A program made the translations under genes and the position numbers. Below, one piece after another: positions 36,309 through 49,300 of a stretch of DNA of 64,000 nucleotides. How positions within the stretch are numbered: the first letter of the stretch is position 1; every line of letters begins with the position of its first letter. The notes under the pieces are model-generated. The model did no database searches. It saw nothing but the letters and a program-made list of their open reading frames with translations, and was not told where the DNA came from. Source of the DNA: Paragordius varius (lineage: Eukaryota > Animalia > Nematomorpha); the NCBI GenBank assembly GCA_964247055.1, contig OZ176060.1:1178001-1242000 (forward strand). Direction: 5' to 3'.

Positions 36309-37639
36309 TATTTCGGCCTAGTTATATAATATCTATTGGGATAAAGCATAAATTTAAACTGAAACCGTTTGATACAGTAGTTTTTTAAGAGCTTTTTAGA
36401 TAGCCCATACTCCAAAAGGTCATCATGGAGTGTTAAATATAGTTGGAATTAGAGTGTATGTTTAGAAAAATTACTTAAAAATGTTGAAGAAAAGACAAAA
36501 CTTTTTCTTTAGATTTTGTTTGCTTGTTTAAGGGTGAATTTGAACTGTAAATGGCATAACATAAAACTTGAATATAAGTAACGATGAAAAAAAGTTGCCA
36601 ATTATATCTATTTTATGAAACATCATTGACCCTTAAAAATATTTACAAATTTACAAATTTAAATAAATCAATGGATTATTGTTTCATTACTTCTATAGTT
36701 GTTCCAACATAATGCTGTAAGTTTTATTTAACGGTCATTTATTTGTTTAAACGATTATCACTTTAACCAGTAGTTCTCCACAGGAAGGCGTAGAAAAATC
36801 TAAGGTTGGGGGGGGGCGAACAATTTAAAGAATTTATTGAAAAAATAAACCAAAAAACAAATTGAAAAATTTCTGGTGCAAATTATTAAGATTTATCACC
36901 GATATGAAAAAATATTTCAAGATTGTAAATACAATGATCTCATTGATTGAGAGTTTTTATTTATAATTAATTTAACATTTTTTACTTGAATTTTTTTGAG
37001 AGAGGAGTGCGCAAGAATTTGTAATTCGGGGTGTCTACAAAAAGGTTGGAAATTACTGATCTAAACAGTTTTTGTAGGAATTATGTAGATTTCTCTTTGT
37101 AGAAAACTTTTTTCATCTGTACTAATTGAAGCGGGTCTGAAAATACAGTAAAAATTGAAATATACCGAAAAAAAAGTAAAAATATAAAGACAAATATTTT
37201 TTCTAAAAGGCAAGTCTATACTTTTAAATTTTAATTATTCTCATATAAATTAAATAAATACAAATTTTAAATATAAAATTGATTGTGTAACCACTTTTTA
37301 AAAATGTAATTTAAAAAAGTATGGTGGTCATTTTTGAAAAAAAAACATTTTGGTTTTTTAGAAAAAAAACATTTGTTTATATTTTTAGGTTTTGTCTGTA
37401 TAATTTCAATTTTTACTGTTATTCTTCGGATCAAAGAAAATAGGTCTTGATAGTAGGTAAATGTACCGATAAACTTCCAGATGTGTTCCACCTCTCCTAA
37501 TAAATATACTTTTTTTATATAAATTGTTAAACGTCTAAATTGAAAAAAAAATCAATTTTTTATCTATATTAGAGTCAGACTTAGGTCTGACCTAGTAGAT
37601 CTTTGACCTAGTCAGCACAACCCTAGTACAAAAAAAGTA

Positions 37640-37671
<32 letters not shown>

Positions 37672-39307
37672 TTTATATATATATAAAATGCAAAAGCGAG
37701 CGCCTAGTATAAGATTTTTTAATGCAATTATAACATGATTGAGAAATATTTATAAAAATAATATTCCATGTGTTTTATAGCGGCTCTAAAAGTTAGACTC
37801 TCTAAAAGCTTAAAGCCAGTAAAATAACTAAGCGTTTCGATATAATACAGGGCACAATGTTTGATAATCAAATTTTAAATACAACAGGGAAACCAGTATT
37901 TAAATACAACAGCGAAACCAGTAGTTTATTCAAAACCATACGCTTTGGGATATAATTTTACCCCTAAAAGTATTTATTAGAAAAAAGAGTAGAAACGTGA
38001 TCAAGTGTTAAATTTGATGCAATTATTACATAATTGGGAAAAATTCTGAAATATTAGTAAGATTATATCGTGTTTTGGAATCTCCTAATTTTAGATTTAG
38101 AAGTCCTAAAACTGTAAAAAATATAAACTTTTTTATCTAATTTTTACACAAGAGCAATGTTTGATAATTAAATTATAACTACAGTAAAACTGGTATTTTA
38201 ATTAAGACCATAAGCTCTCCGAAACAAATTAACCCAAAAGGTATATTACAAAAAAGATTAGAAACGTGATCAAATGTTGAGATTTTTAATGTAGCACACA
38301 TATTTGAAAAATAACTTTCTCAAATATTAGTTAGACTAAATAGTGTTGTTTGGTTTATTTCAATTTCAGCCTCTATCAAAAAGTGAAAAAAACATAAGCA
38401 TATTTCTCTAATTTTCACAATAAATTTGTTAAAATTATAAAATGCAACAGTAAAAATCTTAGTTTACGAAGTATATGCACTGGTAAAAAATAGTTAATGT
38501 CATTGTATACAAAATAAAAGAGTGTCTATACTTCATATCTTTTTATTTGAAAGATGTTCCAGATTCAATTTTGCAATAAACTAACTTTTTAAAAATTATT
38601 TTAGATAAAATTTTATCATTACCTTCTAATACTTTAAGAAATAATTTAAAATCATTCCGGTACCACCACAAAAGTTAAATTTGGGCATAAAAGGTGATAA
38701 GTGTTAACTAAAATGATTTAAGCAGTAGTATGATTCAACTCTGGAAAATAAAAACTACCCCAATATGTAACTAGGATAATAAAATTGTTTTAAGTTTTTG
38801 GAGTGTTATTCAGTAGTTTATTTACATATGCATAAGCTCCGGGGAATTAAAAATAGTCATCGTGAACAAAATAAAATGGAATAAGATTTTTAATAAAACA
38901 ACAATTTTATAATTAGACAAGCATAAGCTCAGGATATAGGTACCCCAATTAACTTAAAAAGTGAATAGGTAATAAAGTGTTAATTAAAACAGTTATAAAA
39001 CTACTAATTATCTATAAGCATTAAAACACATAGAAAAAGTCATTGTAGTAAGAAAAGTGTAATGAGTTTCAATATTATATTACCTTTTTACTCGTTTTCC
39101 CTCCTTTGACGTAACCTTATATCTCATAGTTCAATTTTGTAATTAAACTAACTTTTTAAAAGGTATTTTAATTAAAATATAATTATTACCTTAAATTCGT
39201 TTTTAGATATTAAAATTTTAAATCGCTTTGGGATCTAAAACTACCCTAAAAAGTAGAAAGTTTAAGAACTGCTATTAAATAAATTTCTAAATAAAATTAA
39301 TTTATAT

Positions 39308-39374
39308 ATCATACCTCACTCTTTAGTGTTTGTAGTCGATAACTTCCTTGAGTTGTACCTATTATATTCAAATG
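39308..39374 (+). promoter_or_regulatory. Likely RPL5 transcription start/5'UTR with pyrimidine-rich TCT/5'TOP-like initiator (CCTCACTCTTT)
   Basis: A CTCTTT pyrimidine run lies ~55 nt upstream of the ATG|GT micro-exon. TCT-type initiators are characteristic of metazoan ribosomal protein genes. The TSS itself is inferred. Confidence 0.5.
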
Positions 39375-42300
39375 GTAATTTTTTACTTTTAATGATTTAG
39401 GGTTTCGTCAAAGTTTTAAAGAATAAGGCTTATTTTAAACGTTACCAAGTCAAATTTAAGAGAAGACGTGAAGGCAAAACTGATTATGCGGCCAGGAAAC
39501 AATTGGTAGTTCAAGCTAAAAATAAATACAATACCCCCAAGTATCGTATGATTACCCGTTTCACGAATCGTGATATAATATGCCAGGTTTGATTTTGATT
39601 TATGTAGAAAATTTGTTTGATTTAATTGTTTTGTTTTGATTTTTTATTAAAATATCTATTTTTTATTGTAACTTTTTATTTTTAACTAAAACTATATAAA
39701 ATTATGTAAACTTAAAACCACGATATAATATTTGATTTCAAATTAAGTTTTATTTAATATAATCCAATTTTATTTTTAACTAACTAACTATATTATATAA
39801 AATAATCCGTTCTTTGCGTTTATTGAACCGCCATATAATCTGCCAGATTTTTGATTTTAATTACCATTGATATCTTTAAAAATTTAAAATAATTAATTTT
39901 ATTTAAAATATTTAATTTTTTATGAAACCCTTTTATTTTTTAACTCTATAATATAAAATTATCCACGCTTTTTACTAAACCTCGATAATATGTCAGGTTT
40001 GATTTTATAATTTATATTGATTTTTTAAAATTTAATTTTTATATTAAAATATTCATTTTTTATTGGAAAATTTAAAATTGTTCCATAATTTTTAAGGATA
40101 TAATTATTATATATATTCAATTTAATAAAAAATAAATAAATTTTAAAAAAATTTCTAAATATATAAATAACTTTTATATGATTTTTAATAAATCTTAAAT
40201 AATTTAATTTTTAAAAACTATTTTTTTCTTATAAAATTGAAAAATTATTAAATATTTTAAAAATATTTCTTAATTTTAAATTTTTGTATTTGCAAGTTTT
40301 AAATTTTTAATATTTTATTATTATTAAAAAATTTTTAATAATATTCCAAAAAACCTGATAAATTATTGAATAGTTTTATTAATTTAATATTTAATAGCTT
40401 AAAAAAATTTTTTTATAATTATAATCTTGTTTTTAACAATACTTTTTATTTTTTTATTAATTTATGAATTTAACAAATTTTTAAAATAATTTAATTCATA
40501 AAATAAATTTAATTTTATCTTAATTCATTAATTTATAAATTTAATAATTTTTTTAAAAAAATAATTTATTAAAATTTAAAATTATTTTTTCATAATTTTA
40601 AAGCAAATTATTAAGTTTTTAAAATAATTTAATTCATAAAATAAATTTAATGTATCTTAATTTTATTATTTTATATAAATTTTAATAACTTTTAAAATAT
40701 ATTTTAAAAAATAATTTTTATTTTAAAAATATTAATTTTAATTTTAAAAAACTTATTTTTTTATCTTTATAATTCATTTTTAATAAATATATTTTAATTT
40801 TTAAATATATTAAATTTTTTAAAATTATTTAATTTTTCATCTCTAAACTTATTTGACAATTTACATATAAATTTTTATATTTATTCCTTTTTTATTCTTT
40901 GAAAAACTATTTTATTAAAAATTAATAAATTTTTAATTTTATTTTTAAAAATTAATAAATTTCAAAATACTTTGTTATTTTTATTAATTATATAATAAAA
41001 AAATATTAAATAACTAAAAAATATTAAATTATTATTAATTTTAAAACTTTTTAATAACTTTTAAAATATATTATTTTGAAAAATAATTTTTATTTTAAAA
41101 ATTTTAAAGCAAATATTAAGTTTTTAAAATAATTTAGTTTATAAAATAAATTTAATGTTATCTTAATTTTATTAATTAATATAAATTTTAATAACTTTTT
41201 AAATATATTATTTTAAAAAATAATTTTTATTTTAAAAATATATTTTAAAAAACTTTTTTTATAATTTTAAAGCAAATTATTAAGTTTTTAAAATAATTTT
41301 AATAACTATTAAAATATATTATTTTAAAAATATTAAATTATTATTAATTTTTATTTTAAAAATTTTATTTTAAAAACTTATTTTTTTAGATTGCTTATGC
41401 CAAGCTCGAAGGGGATGTAGTAATTGCTTCAGCTTATTCTCACGAACTCGCTGACGACAAGTACGGACTCAAGGTCGGACTTACGAATTATGCCGCGGCT
41501 TATTGTACAGGCCTGCTGTTGGCTCGAAGGGTTAGTTTTTTTGAAAAAGTTTTAAGAACTTTTTAAAAGGTTTTGAAAAGTTCTGCAAGAAAAAACAGCT
41601 GATTTTAGAATATTTTATATAATTTTAAGAAATTTCTGAAGAAAACAGTTGATTTTGAAAATTTTATTGCTAAAACAGCTGAAACTTTCTTTCTAGAAAG
41701 TTCTGATAAGTTTTTAAGTTCAGAATAGAAGGGTTAGTTAGATTTTTAAAAGTTTTTAAAACTTTCTAAAAAACACATGATTTAAGCAGCTGATTTGTTA
41801 ATCAAGTTATTTTTTAAAAACAGCTGCTTTTTAAAAGTTTCAAGAATTTGCTAGAAAACAGTAACTCAAAATTTTTTTTTAGAGTTTTAAAATTTGTCGT
41901 AAAAAGAAACATTTTTTAATTTTGATGACAAGTACGGACTCAAGGTCGGACCTACGAATTATGCCGCCGCTTATTGTACGGGCCTGCTGCTGGCTCCAAG
42001 GGTTAGTTTTTTTTTGAATAAGTTCTAAGAATTTTTTTAAGTTCTTTAAGGATTTGCTAAAAAGTTCTGCAAGAAAAAACAGCTGATTTTGAAAGATTTT
42101 TGGATATTTTATAAAAAATTTCTGAAGAATGGTTTAAAAGACTACCTTTTAAAAAGTTTTTTAAAAGTTTCAAGAAAGTTCTCAAGTAAAACAGCTGATT
42201 TTGAAAATATTTTAGGAGGTTTAATAAAAAATTTCTGAAGAAAAACAGCTGATTCGTGAATTTTTTAACAATTTTTTCAGAGTTTTAAAAGAGTTGTCTT

Positions 42301-45300
42301 AGAAAGAAACATTTTTTAATTTTCTCATGACAAGTACGGACTCAAGGTCGGACTTACGAATTATGCCGCCGCTTATTGTACAGGACTTCTGCTGGCTCGA
42401 AGGGTTAGTTTTTTTACCAAAAGTTCTAAGAATTTTTTAAGTTCTTTAAGGATTTGCTAAAAAGTTCTGCAAGAAAAAACAGCTGATTTTGAAAAATTTA
42501 TTTCGAAAAACAGCTGATTTTTATATTCTAGAAGTTTCGAAAAGTTCTGAATCAAAAAAAGCTGATTTGAAAGGATCTTTCGGGGAGGTTTTTTTTGGAT
42601 TTTAAAAATTGTCTTAAAGAGAAAATATTTTTTAATTATGAATACAATTTTGAGAACTTTTTGCAGAAATTTTCTAGAAAACAGCTGATTTGTTTATTTT
42701 CAAAAATTTTCAGAGTTATAAAAGTTGACTCAAGGTCGGACTTACGAATTATGCCGCCGCTTATTGTACAGGCCTGCTGTTGGCTAGAAGGGTTAGTTTT
42801 TTAAAAGTTTCAATAATTTGCTAGAAAGTTTTGAAAGGGTTAAAAACAGCTGATTTTTAAAAGTTTTTCTGCGAAAAAACAGCTGTTTTTTAACAAAGTT
42901 CAGATGAATTATATAAGTTCAGGCTAGAAGGGTTAGTTAGACGACTTACTTTTTAAAAATTTTAAGAACTTTCTAGAAAGTTTTAAAAAGTTTTGAATGA
43001 AAACAGCTGCATAAGTTGCAAGGGCTTTCTAGAAAATAGCTGATTTTGATATTCTAGGAGGTTTAGCGGAAAAGTTCTGTAAAGGAAAAACAGCTGATTT
43101 GTGAATTTTTTTAACAATTTTTTTAGAGTATTTAAAATTTGTCTTAGAAAGAAACATTTTTTAATTTTCTCATGACAAGTACGGACTCAAGGTCGGACTT
43201 ACGAATTATGCCGCCGCTTATTGTACAGGCCTGCTGCTGGCTCGAAGGGTTAGTTTTTTTACTAAAAGTTCTAAGAACTTTTTAAGTTCTTTAAGGATTT
43301 GCTAAAAAGTTCTGCAAGAAAAAACAGCTTATTTTAGAAAAATTTTTGGAGATTTAATAAAAAATTTCTGAAGAATGGTTTAAAAGACTACCTTTTAAAA
43401 AGTTTTTTAAAAGTTTCAAGAAAGTTCTCAAGTAAAACAGCTGATTTTGAAAATATTTTAGGAGGTTTAGCGGAAAAGTTCTGTGAAGGAAAAACAGCTG
43501 ATTCGTGAATTTTTTAACAATTTTTTCAGAGTTTCAAAATTTGTCTTAGAAAGAAACATTTTTTAATTTTCTCATGACAAGTACGGACTCAAGGTCGGAC
43601 TTACGAATTATGCCGCGGCTTATTGTACAGGCCTGCTGCTGGCTCGAAGGGTTAGTTTTTTTAAAAAAAAGTTTTAAGAACTTTTTAAAAGTTCTGAAGT
43701 AAAACAGCTGATTTTGAAAAGTTATTTTGAAAAACCGCTGATTTTTATATTCTAGAAGTTTTGAAAAGTTCTGAATCAAAAAAACTGATTTGAAAGGATC
43801 TTTCGGGGAGGTTTTTTGAATTTTAAAAGTTGTCTAAAGAGAAAATATTTTTTAATTATGAATACAATTTTGAGAACTTTTTGCAGAAATTTTCTAGAAA
43901 ACAGCTGATTTGTTTATTTTCAAAAATTTTCAGAGATATAAAAGTTGTCTTAAGAAGAATTACCAATTATGCCGCCGCTTATTGTACAGGCTTGCTGTTG
44001 GCTCGAAGGGTTAGTTTTTTTTAAAAGTTTTAAAAACTTTTTAAAAGGTTTTGAAAAGTTCTGAAGAAAAACAGCTGATTTTGAAAAGTTTTTTTAATAA
44101 ACTGAAGAGGATGAATATTTTAAGAGGTTTCGAAAAGTTCTGAAGAAAAACAGCTGATTTTGAAAAGTTTTTTCAAGAATGTTCTAGAAACATCTAATTA
44201 GTTATATAAGTTCAGGCTAGAATGGTTGTTGTTTTTAAAAGTTTTAAAATTTGCTGAAAAGTTTTCTATTAAAAAACAGCTGATTTTGAAAAGTTTTTTT
44301 CAAGAAAGTTTTGATGAAAAGTTTCTTTCTAGAAAGTTTTGATGAGTTGTGAATATTTTAAGAGTTTCGAAAAGTTTTCCATTAAAAACAGCTGATTTTG
44401 AAAAGTTTTTTTCAAGAAAGTTCTGATGAGTTATATAAGTTCAGGCTAGAGAAGGGTTAGTTAGTTTTTAAAAGTTGTCTTAAAGAGAAAATATTTTTTT
44501 AAGAACTTTTTGTAGAAATTTTCTAGAAAACAGCTGATTTTCGGAACATTCTAGGAAGTTTAACTGAAAAGTTCTGAAGGAAAAACAGCTGATTCTTGAA
44601 TTTTTAAAATTATTTGCTTAATTTTGAATTGTCTTAAAAAGAAAAAAAAATTTTTAATTATGACTACATTTTGAGAACTTTTTGAATAAAAAAAATTCTA
44701 GAAAAAAAGCTGATTTTAATCTAGGGGGTTAAACTGATATGAAAAGTTTTGAATGGAAAACAGCTGATTCGTTAATTTTCGACAATTTTTTCAGAGTTTT
44801 AAAAGAGTTGTTGTTTTAAAAAGAAAATATTTTATGAAACATTACAATTTTGAAAACATTAGCAGAAATTTTGTTAAAAACACCTGATTTTGAAATTATA
44901 TTAGGTAGTTTAATTGGAAATTTCTGAATGAAAACAGCTGATTTTAAAGGGTTTTAGAGATTTTGAATTGGTAAAAAGTTAAACTTTGAGTTGTAGTAGT
45001 AACATTGAAGTTTCTAAAACAAATGTTTTTAACAAAAAAAATTTAAAACTTTCTAAGTTTTACCAAAAAAGTTCTGGAGGAAAACAGCTGACCTCGAGAT
45101 TATTAATGAATTTGAATGTCTTATAGTAATAGTAGAATAGTTTTTGAAAATATCCACAAAAAAAATAAAACAGCTGATTTGGAAAAGATTTATTTTTTCA
45201 AGAAAATATGTGTTTTTTAAGTTCTGCCTTGAATGGTTCGATTGGTAATAAAAGATCTGAGGGAAAACAGTTGAAAAGTTTTTAGAGAGTTCTAAACAGG

Positions 45301-46264
45301 TGATTTTTACAACCTTTAAAAAAATTTGTTTTTCAAAATTTTTTAGAAAAATTTTCTCGAAAATTCTTTAAATAGAGGTAGGTGTATTACTGTAAGAGAA
45401 ATATTTAATAATATAGGACAATTTGGAGAACTTTTAAAAAACAGCTGAAAAGTTTCGAAAAACAGCTGATTTTGAATGAAAATAATTAATTTTCAAAATA
45501 TTATGGATATATTTTCAAGAGATTAAAGTAGTTTGAGAACTTTTTAGATTGTTTAAAAAACAGCTGAAAAGTTTCGAAAAACAGCTGATTTTGAATTAAA
45601 ATAATTAATTTTCATAATATTATGGATATATTTTCAAGTTGTTTAAGAACTTGTTAGTTCTCAAAAAACAGCTGAAAAGTTTCGAAAAACAGCTGATTTT
45701 GAAGGAAAATAATTAATTTTCAAATTATTATGGATATATTTTCAAGAGATTAAAGTAATTTGAGAATACTTGTTAGTTCTCAAAAAACAGCTGAAAAGTT
45801 TCGAAAAACAGCTGATTTAAATGAAAATAATTAATTTTCAAAATATTATGGATATATTTTCAAGAGGTTAAAGTAGTTTGAGAACTTTTAAAAACAGCTG
45901 AAAAGTTTCGAAAAACAGCTGATTCTGAATGAAAATAATTAATTTTAATTTACTTTGATATGATATATGATTAAAACTATATATTGTGACGAGTGTTTTA
46001 AAACAACACTCATATGATTTTGATAGGAAGAGTATGAATTAATTTTTTTTTTATAAAAAATTTATTTTAATTTTTATAATAGTTTATTATTTTTATTTAA
46101 ATTTTTAGTCAATATATAAATATTAGTTTTTATTATTTTCATTTATTACATTTATTTAAATTATTATTCTCTATATTTTTTCATATATATTATTATTAAT
46201 ATTTGAAAATATAATTATTTCAAATATATAATTATTATTTTTCAATATTATTTTAAATTTTTTT

Positions 46265-46300
<36 letters not shown>

Positions 46301-49300
46301 GATAATTGGTTAATTTTTTTTCGATTTTGTACACTTTTTTTCGTCTAACAACGCTTGTTTAAAAAAGTATTTTATACAAAAAAAATTATTAAAATTTCTC
46401 TTAAATTTTTACTTTTTATTAAATGATTTTTAATGATTAATTTATTTTTTATTAAATGATTTTTTATCCTACCTATTTTCAATTTTTAAATCTTTATGTG
46501 ATAATAAAATTTTGTTTTTTTAATTCTAAACATTCTTAACTATTTTTTTCGTTTTTATAGTTTATTGAAAAACTTATTACTTTTTTTACAATTTTATTTG
46601 AAAATTATTATCAAAATTCTCTAAAAACCGCAAAATTTAAGCTCTTTTTACAAATTTTCAATTTTTTTTTCCTCATATTTTAAAAGATTTTTAATGATTT
46701 TTATAAAAAAATTTAAATTCTTGAATTATATATATATATATTCATTTTTATGAAATTTTTTTTATATATATGATAATTGATAATTTTTTTTGAGTTTATT
46801 AATATTTAAAAACTGTTTCTGTACTTCGAAGAAAACTCAAAAAAAATTTAATCATTTTTCAGAATTTTAACTTTTTAAGCATTTTTTAGGCAATTTTTTT
46901 CATTTTTTTGCAAATAACTCATATTTTTCCCTCAATTATAGATTTTTTCTAAATTTTTAATTATTTTTAAAAATTTTATTCAAAATTCTTCAAATTTTTT
47001 AAAATTTTATTCAAAATTCTTTAAATTTTTTAAAATTTTATTTAAAATTCTTCAAATTTTTAAAAATTTTATTTAATTATCTTTAAACTCTTTATAATCA
47101 TTAGGTCCTTCATAAATTCGGCCTTGATAAGCATTACGCTGGTGCCGTTGTTATAGATGGCACGGATTATTTAATATGAAAAGATTTTAAATTGAAAATA
47201 AATTTTTTTGCAAATTTAAACATAAAATTGATGGTTTTATTAAAAAACTTTTTTTGTGGAAAAAACTCCAAAATTTTTTTTATTTTTTATGATTTAAGCA
47301 GTTTTTAAGCAATTTTCTTCATTTTTAAAGATTTTTAATCAATTTTGATGATTTTCAATGATTTTTATAAAAAAAATTTAATTTTTTTTCGCTTTTTTAA
47401 TCATTTTTTTACTTTTTTTTCTTTCTTAGGTCCTCCATAAATTCGGCCTGGATAAGCATTACGCTGGTGCCGTTGTTATAGATGGCACGGATTATTGTGT
47501 TGAAAAGATTTTAAATTGAAAATAATTTTTTTTTGCAAATTTCATGAATATTTTTATTTTTAATGATTTTTTTTAACTTTTAATAGTTTTTTTTCAATCT
47601 TTCTTAAATTTTCATTAATTTATATAAATTTTATTATAGATTTTTGAAGATTTTTTACTTTTTTTTCTCAAAAATTCTTAGGTCCTCCATAAATTCGGCC
47701 TAGATAAGCATTACGCTGGTGCCGTTGTTATAGATGGCACTGATTATTTAATATGAAAAGATTTTAAATTAAAAATAATTTTTTTTGCAAATTTCATGAA
47801 TATTTTTATTTTTAACTTTTTATAGTTTTTTTTCAATTTTTCTTAAATTTTCATTAATTTTTATAAATTTTATTATAGATTTTTGAAGATTTTTTTTACT
47901 TTTTTTTCTCAAAAATTCTTTAGGTCCTCCATAAATTTGGTCTGGATAAGCATTACGCTGGTGCCGTTGTTATAGATGGCACAGATTATTTAATATAAAA
48001 AGATTTTAAATTGAAAATAAATTTTTTTTGCAAATTTCATGAATATTTTTATTTTTAATGATTTTTTTTAACTTTTTATAGTTTTTTTTTCAATTTCTAA
48101 ATTTTTCATTAATTTTTATAAATTTTGATGATTTTAAATGATTTTTATAAAAAAATTTTAATTTTTTTTTCAAAAATTCTTAGGTCCTCCATAAATTCGG
48201 CCTGGATAAGCATTACGCTGGTGCCATAGTTATAGATGGCACAGATTATTGTGTTGAATAGATATGAATTTGAAAATAAAAAAGATTGATTTTAATTGCA
48301 AATTTAAACTAAAAGTTGATGGGTTTTATTAAAAAACTTTTTTTGTGGAAAAAACTCCAAAAAATTTATTATTTTTGATGATTTAAGCAGTTTTTAAGCA
48401 AATTTCTTCATTTTTAAAGATTTTTAATCAATTTTGATGATTTTCAATGATTTTTATAAAAAAATTTTTAATTTTTTTCGCTTTTTTAATCATTTTTTTA
48501 CTTTTTGTGTTGAATAGATATGAATTTGAAAATAAAAAAGATTGATTTTAATTGCAAATTTAAACTAAAAGTTGATGGGTTTTATTTAAAAAACTTTTTT
48601 TGTGGAAAAAACTCCAAAAAATTTATTATTTTTGATGATTTAAGCAGTTTTTAAGCAATTTTCTTCATTTTTTTTAAATTTTTGTAAATTTTTAATGATT
48701 TTCAATGATTTCTATAAAAAAATTTAAATTCTTGAATTATATATATATATATATATATATTCATTTTTATGAAATTTTTTTATATATATGATAATTGATA
48801 AATTTTTTTGAGTTTATTAATATTTAAAAACTGTTCTGTTTTTCGAATAAAACTCAAAAAAAAATTAATCATTTTTCAGAATTTTAACTTTTTAAGCATT
48901 TTTTAGGCAATTTTTTTCATTTTTTTGCAAATAACTCATATTTTTCCCTCAATTTTAAGGAATTTATAGTTTTTTATAATTTTTTTTCAAATTTTGAGTA
49001 AAATTTTATTTAATTATCTTTAAACTCTTTATAATCATTAGGTCCTCCATAAATTTGGCCTAGATAAGCATTACGCTGGTGCCGTTGTTATAGATGGCAC
49101 AGATTATTGTGTTGAAGACGACGTTAACAATGAAAACGCTCCTGGGGCTTTTAAATGCCCCTTGGATGTCGGGCTGGCTCGAACTACGCGTGGCGCCAAA
49201 ATATTTGCGGCCCTCAAGGGTGCGTGTGATGGCGGGTTAGATATACCCCACAGGTATTTTGTTTTCAAAAAGTTTTTTTTAGGTTCTTGAGTGAAAAAAT

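Larger units (their letters stand above)
30425..39385 (+). repeat. ~5.1-5.3-kb-offset direct duplication upstream of RPL5 (copy 1 ~30425-34110; copy 2 ~35510-39385), with a third partial copy at ~29885-30180
   Basis: Collinear matches: 30425/35510 (TTTTAAAAATAAATTCTGCAATCATAAAT), 31940/37146, 32480/37760 (TTCATGTG/TTCCATGTG..GCGGCTCTAAAAGTTAGACTCTCTAAAAGC) and 34025/39308 (ATCATACCTCACTCTTTAGTGTTTGTAGTCGATAAC...TTCAAATGGTAATTTT). Confidence 0.88.

Noticed and set aside
28970-37420. Autonomous transposon or transposase
   Set aside because: Only short TIR-bounded non-coding elements are present; no DDE/D, reverse transcriptase or Rep/helicase coding sequence is visible on either strand.
27623-37491. 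ORF-track entries 27623, 30428, 30799, 31748, 31759, 32790, 35511, 37267
   Set aside because: These are low-complexity F/I/K/L/N/Y-rich frames within satellite, MITE or duplicated AT-rich DNA, with no recognisable domain and AT-rich codons unlike the true exons.
47085-48260. Regularly spaced ~70-bp repeats with spacers resembling a CRISPR array (also 41924-44009 and 51165-53310)
   Set aside because: The repeats are copies of RPL5 exon ends, the spacers are homologous to each other, the context is a spliceosomal eukaryotic gene, and no cas genes are present.
49190-49203. E2F-like TTTTGGCGCC (reverse strand) in RPL5 exon 4
   Set aside because: It is explained by the encoded G-A-K residues, and the extra occurrences are only echo copies.
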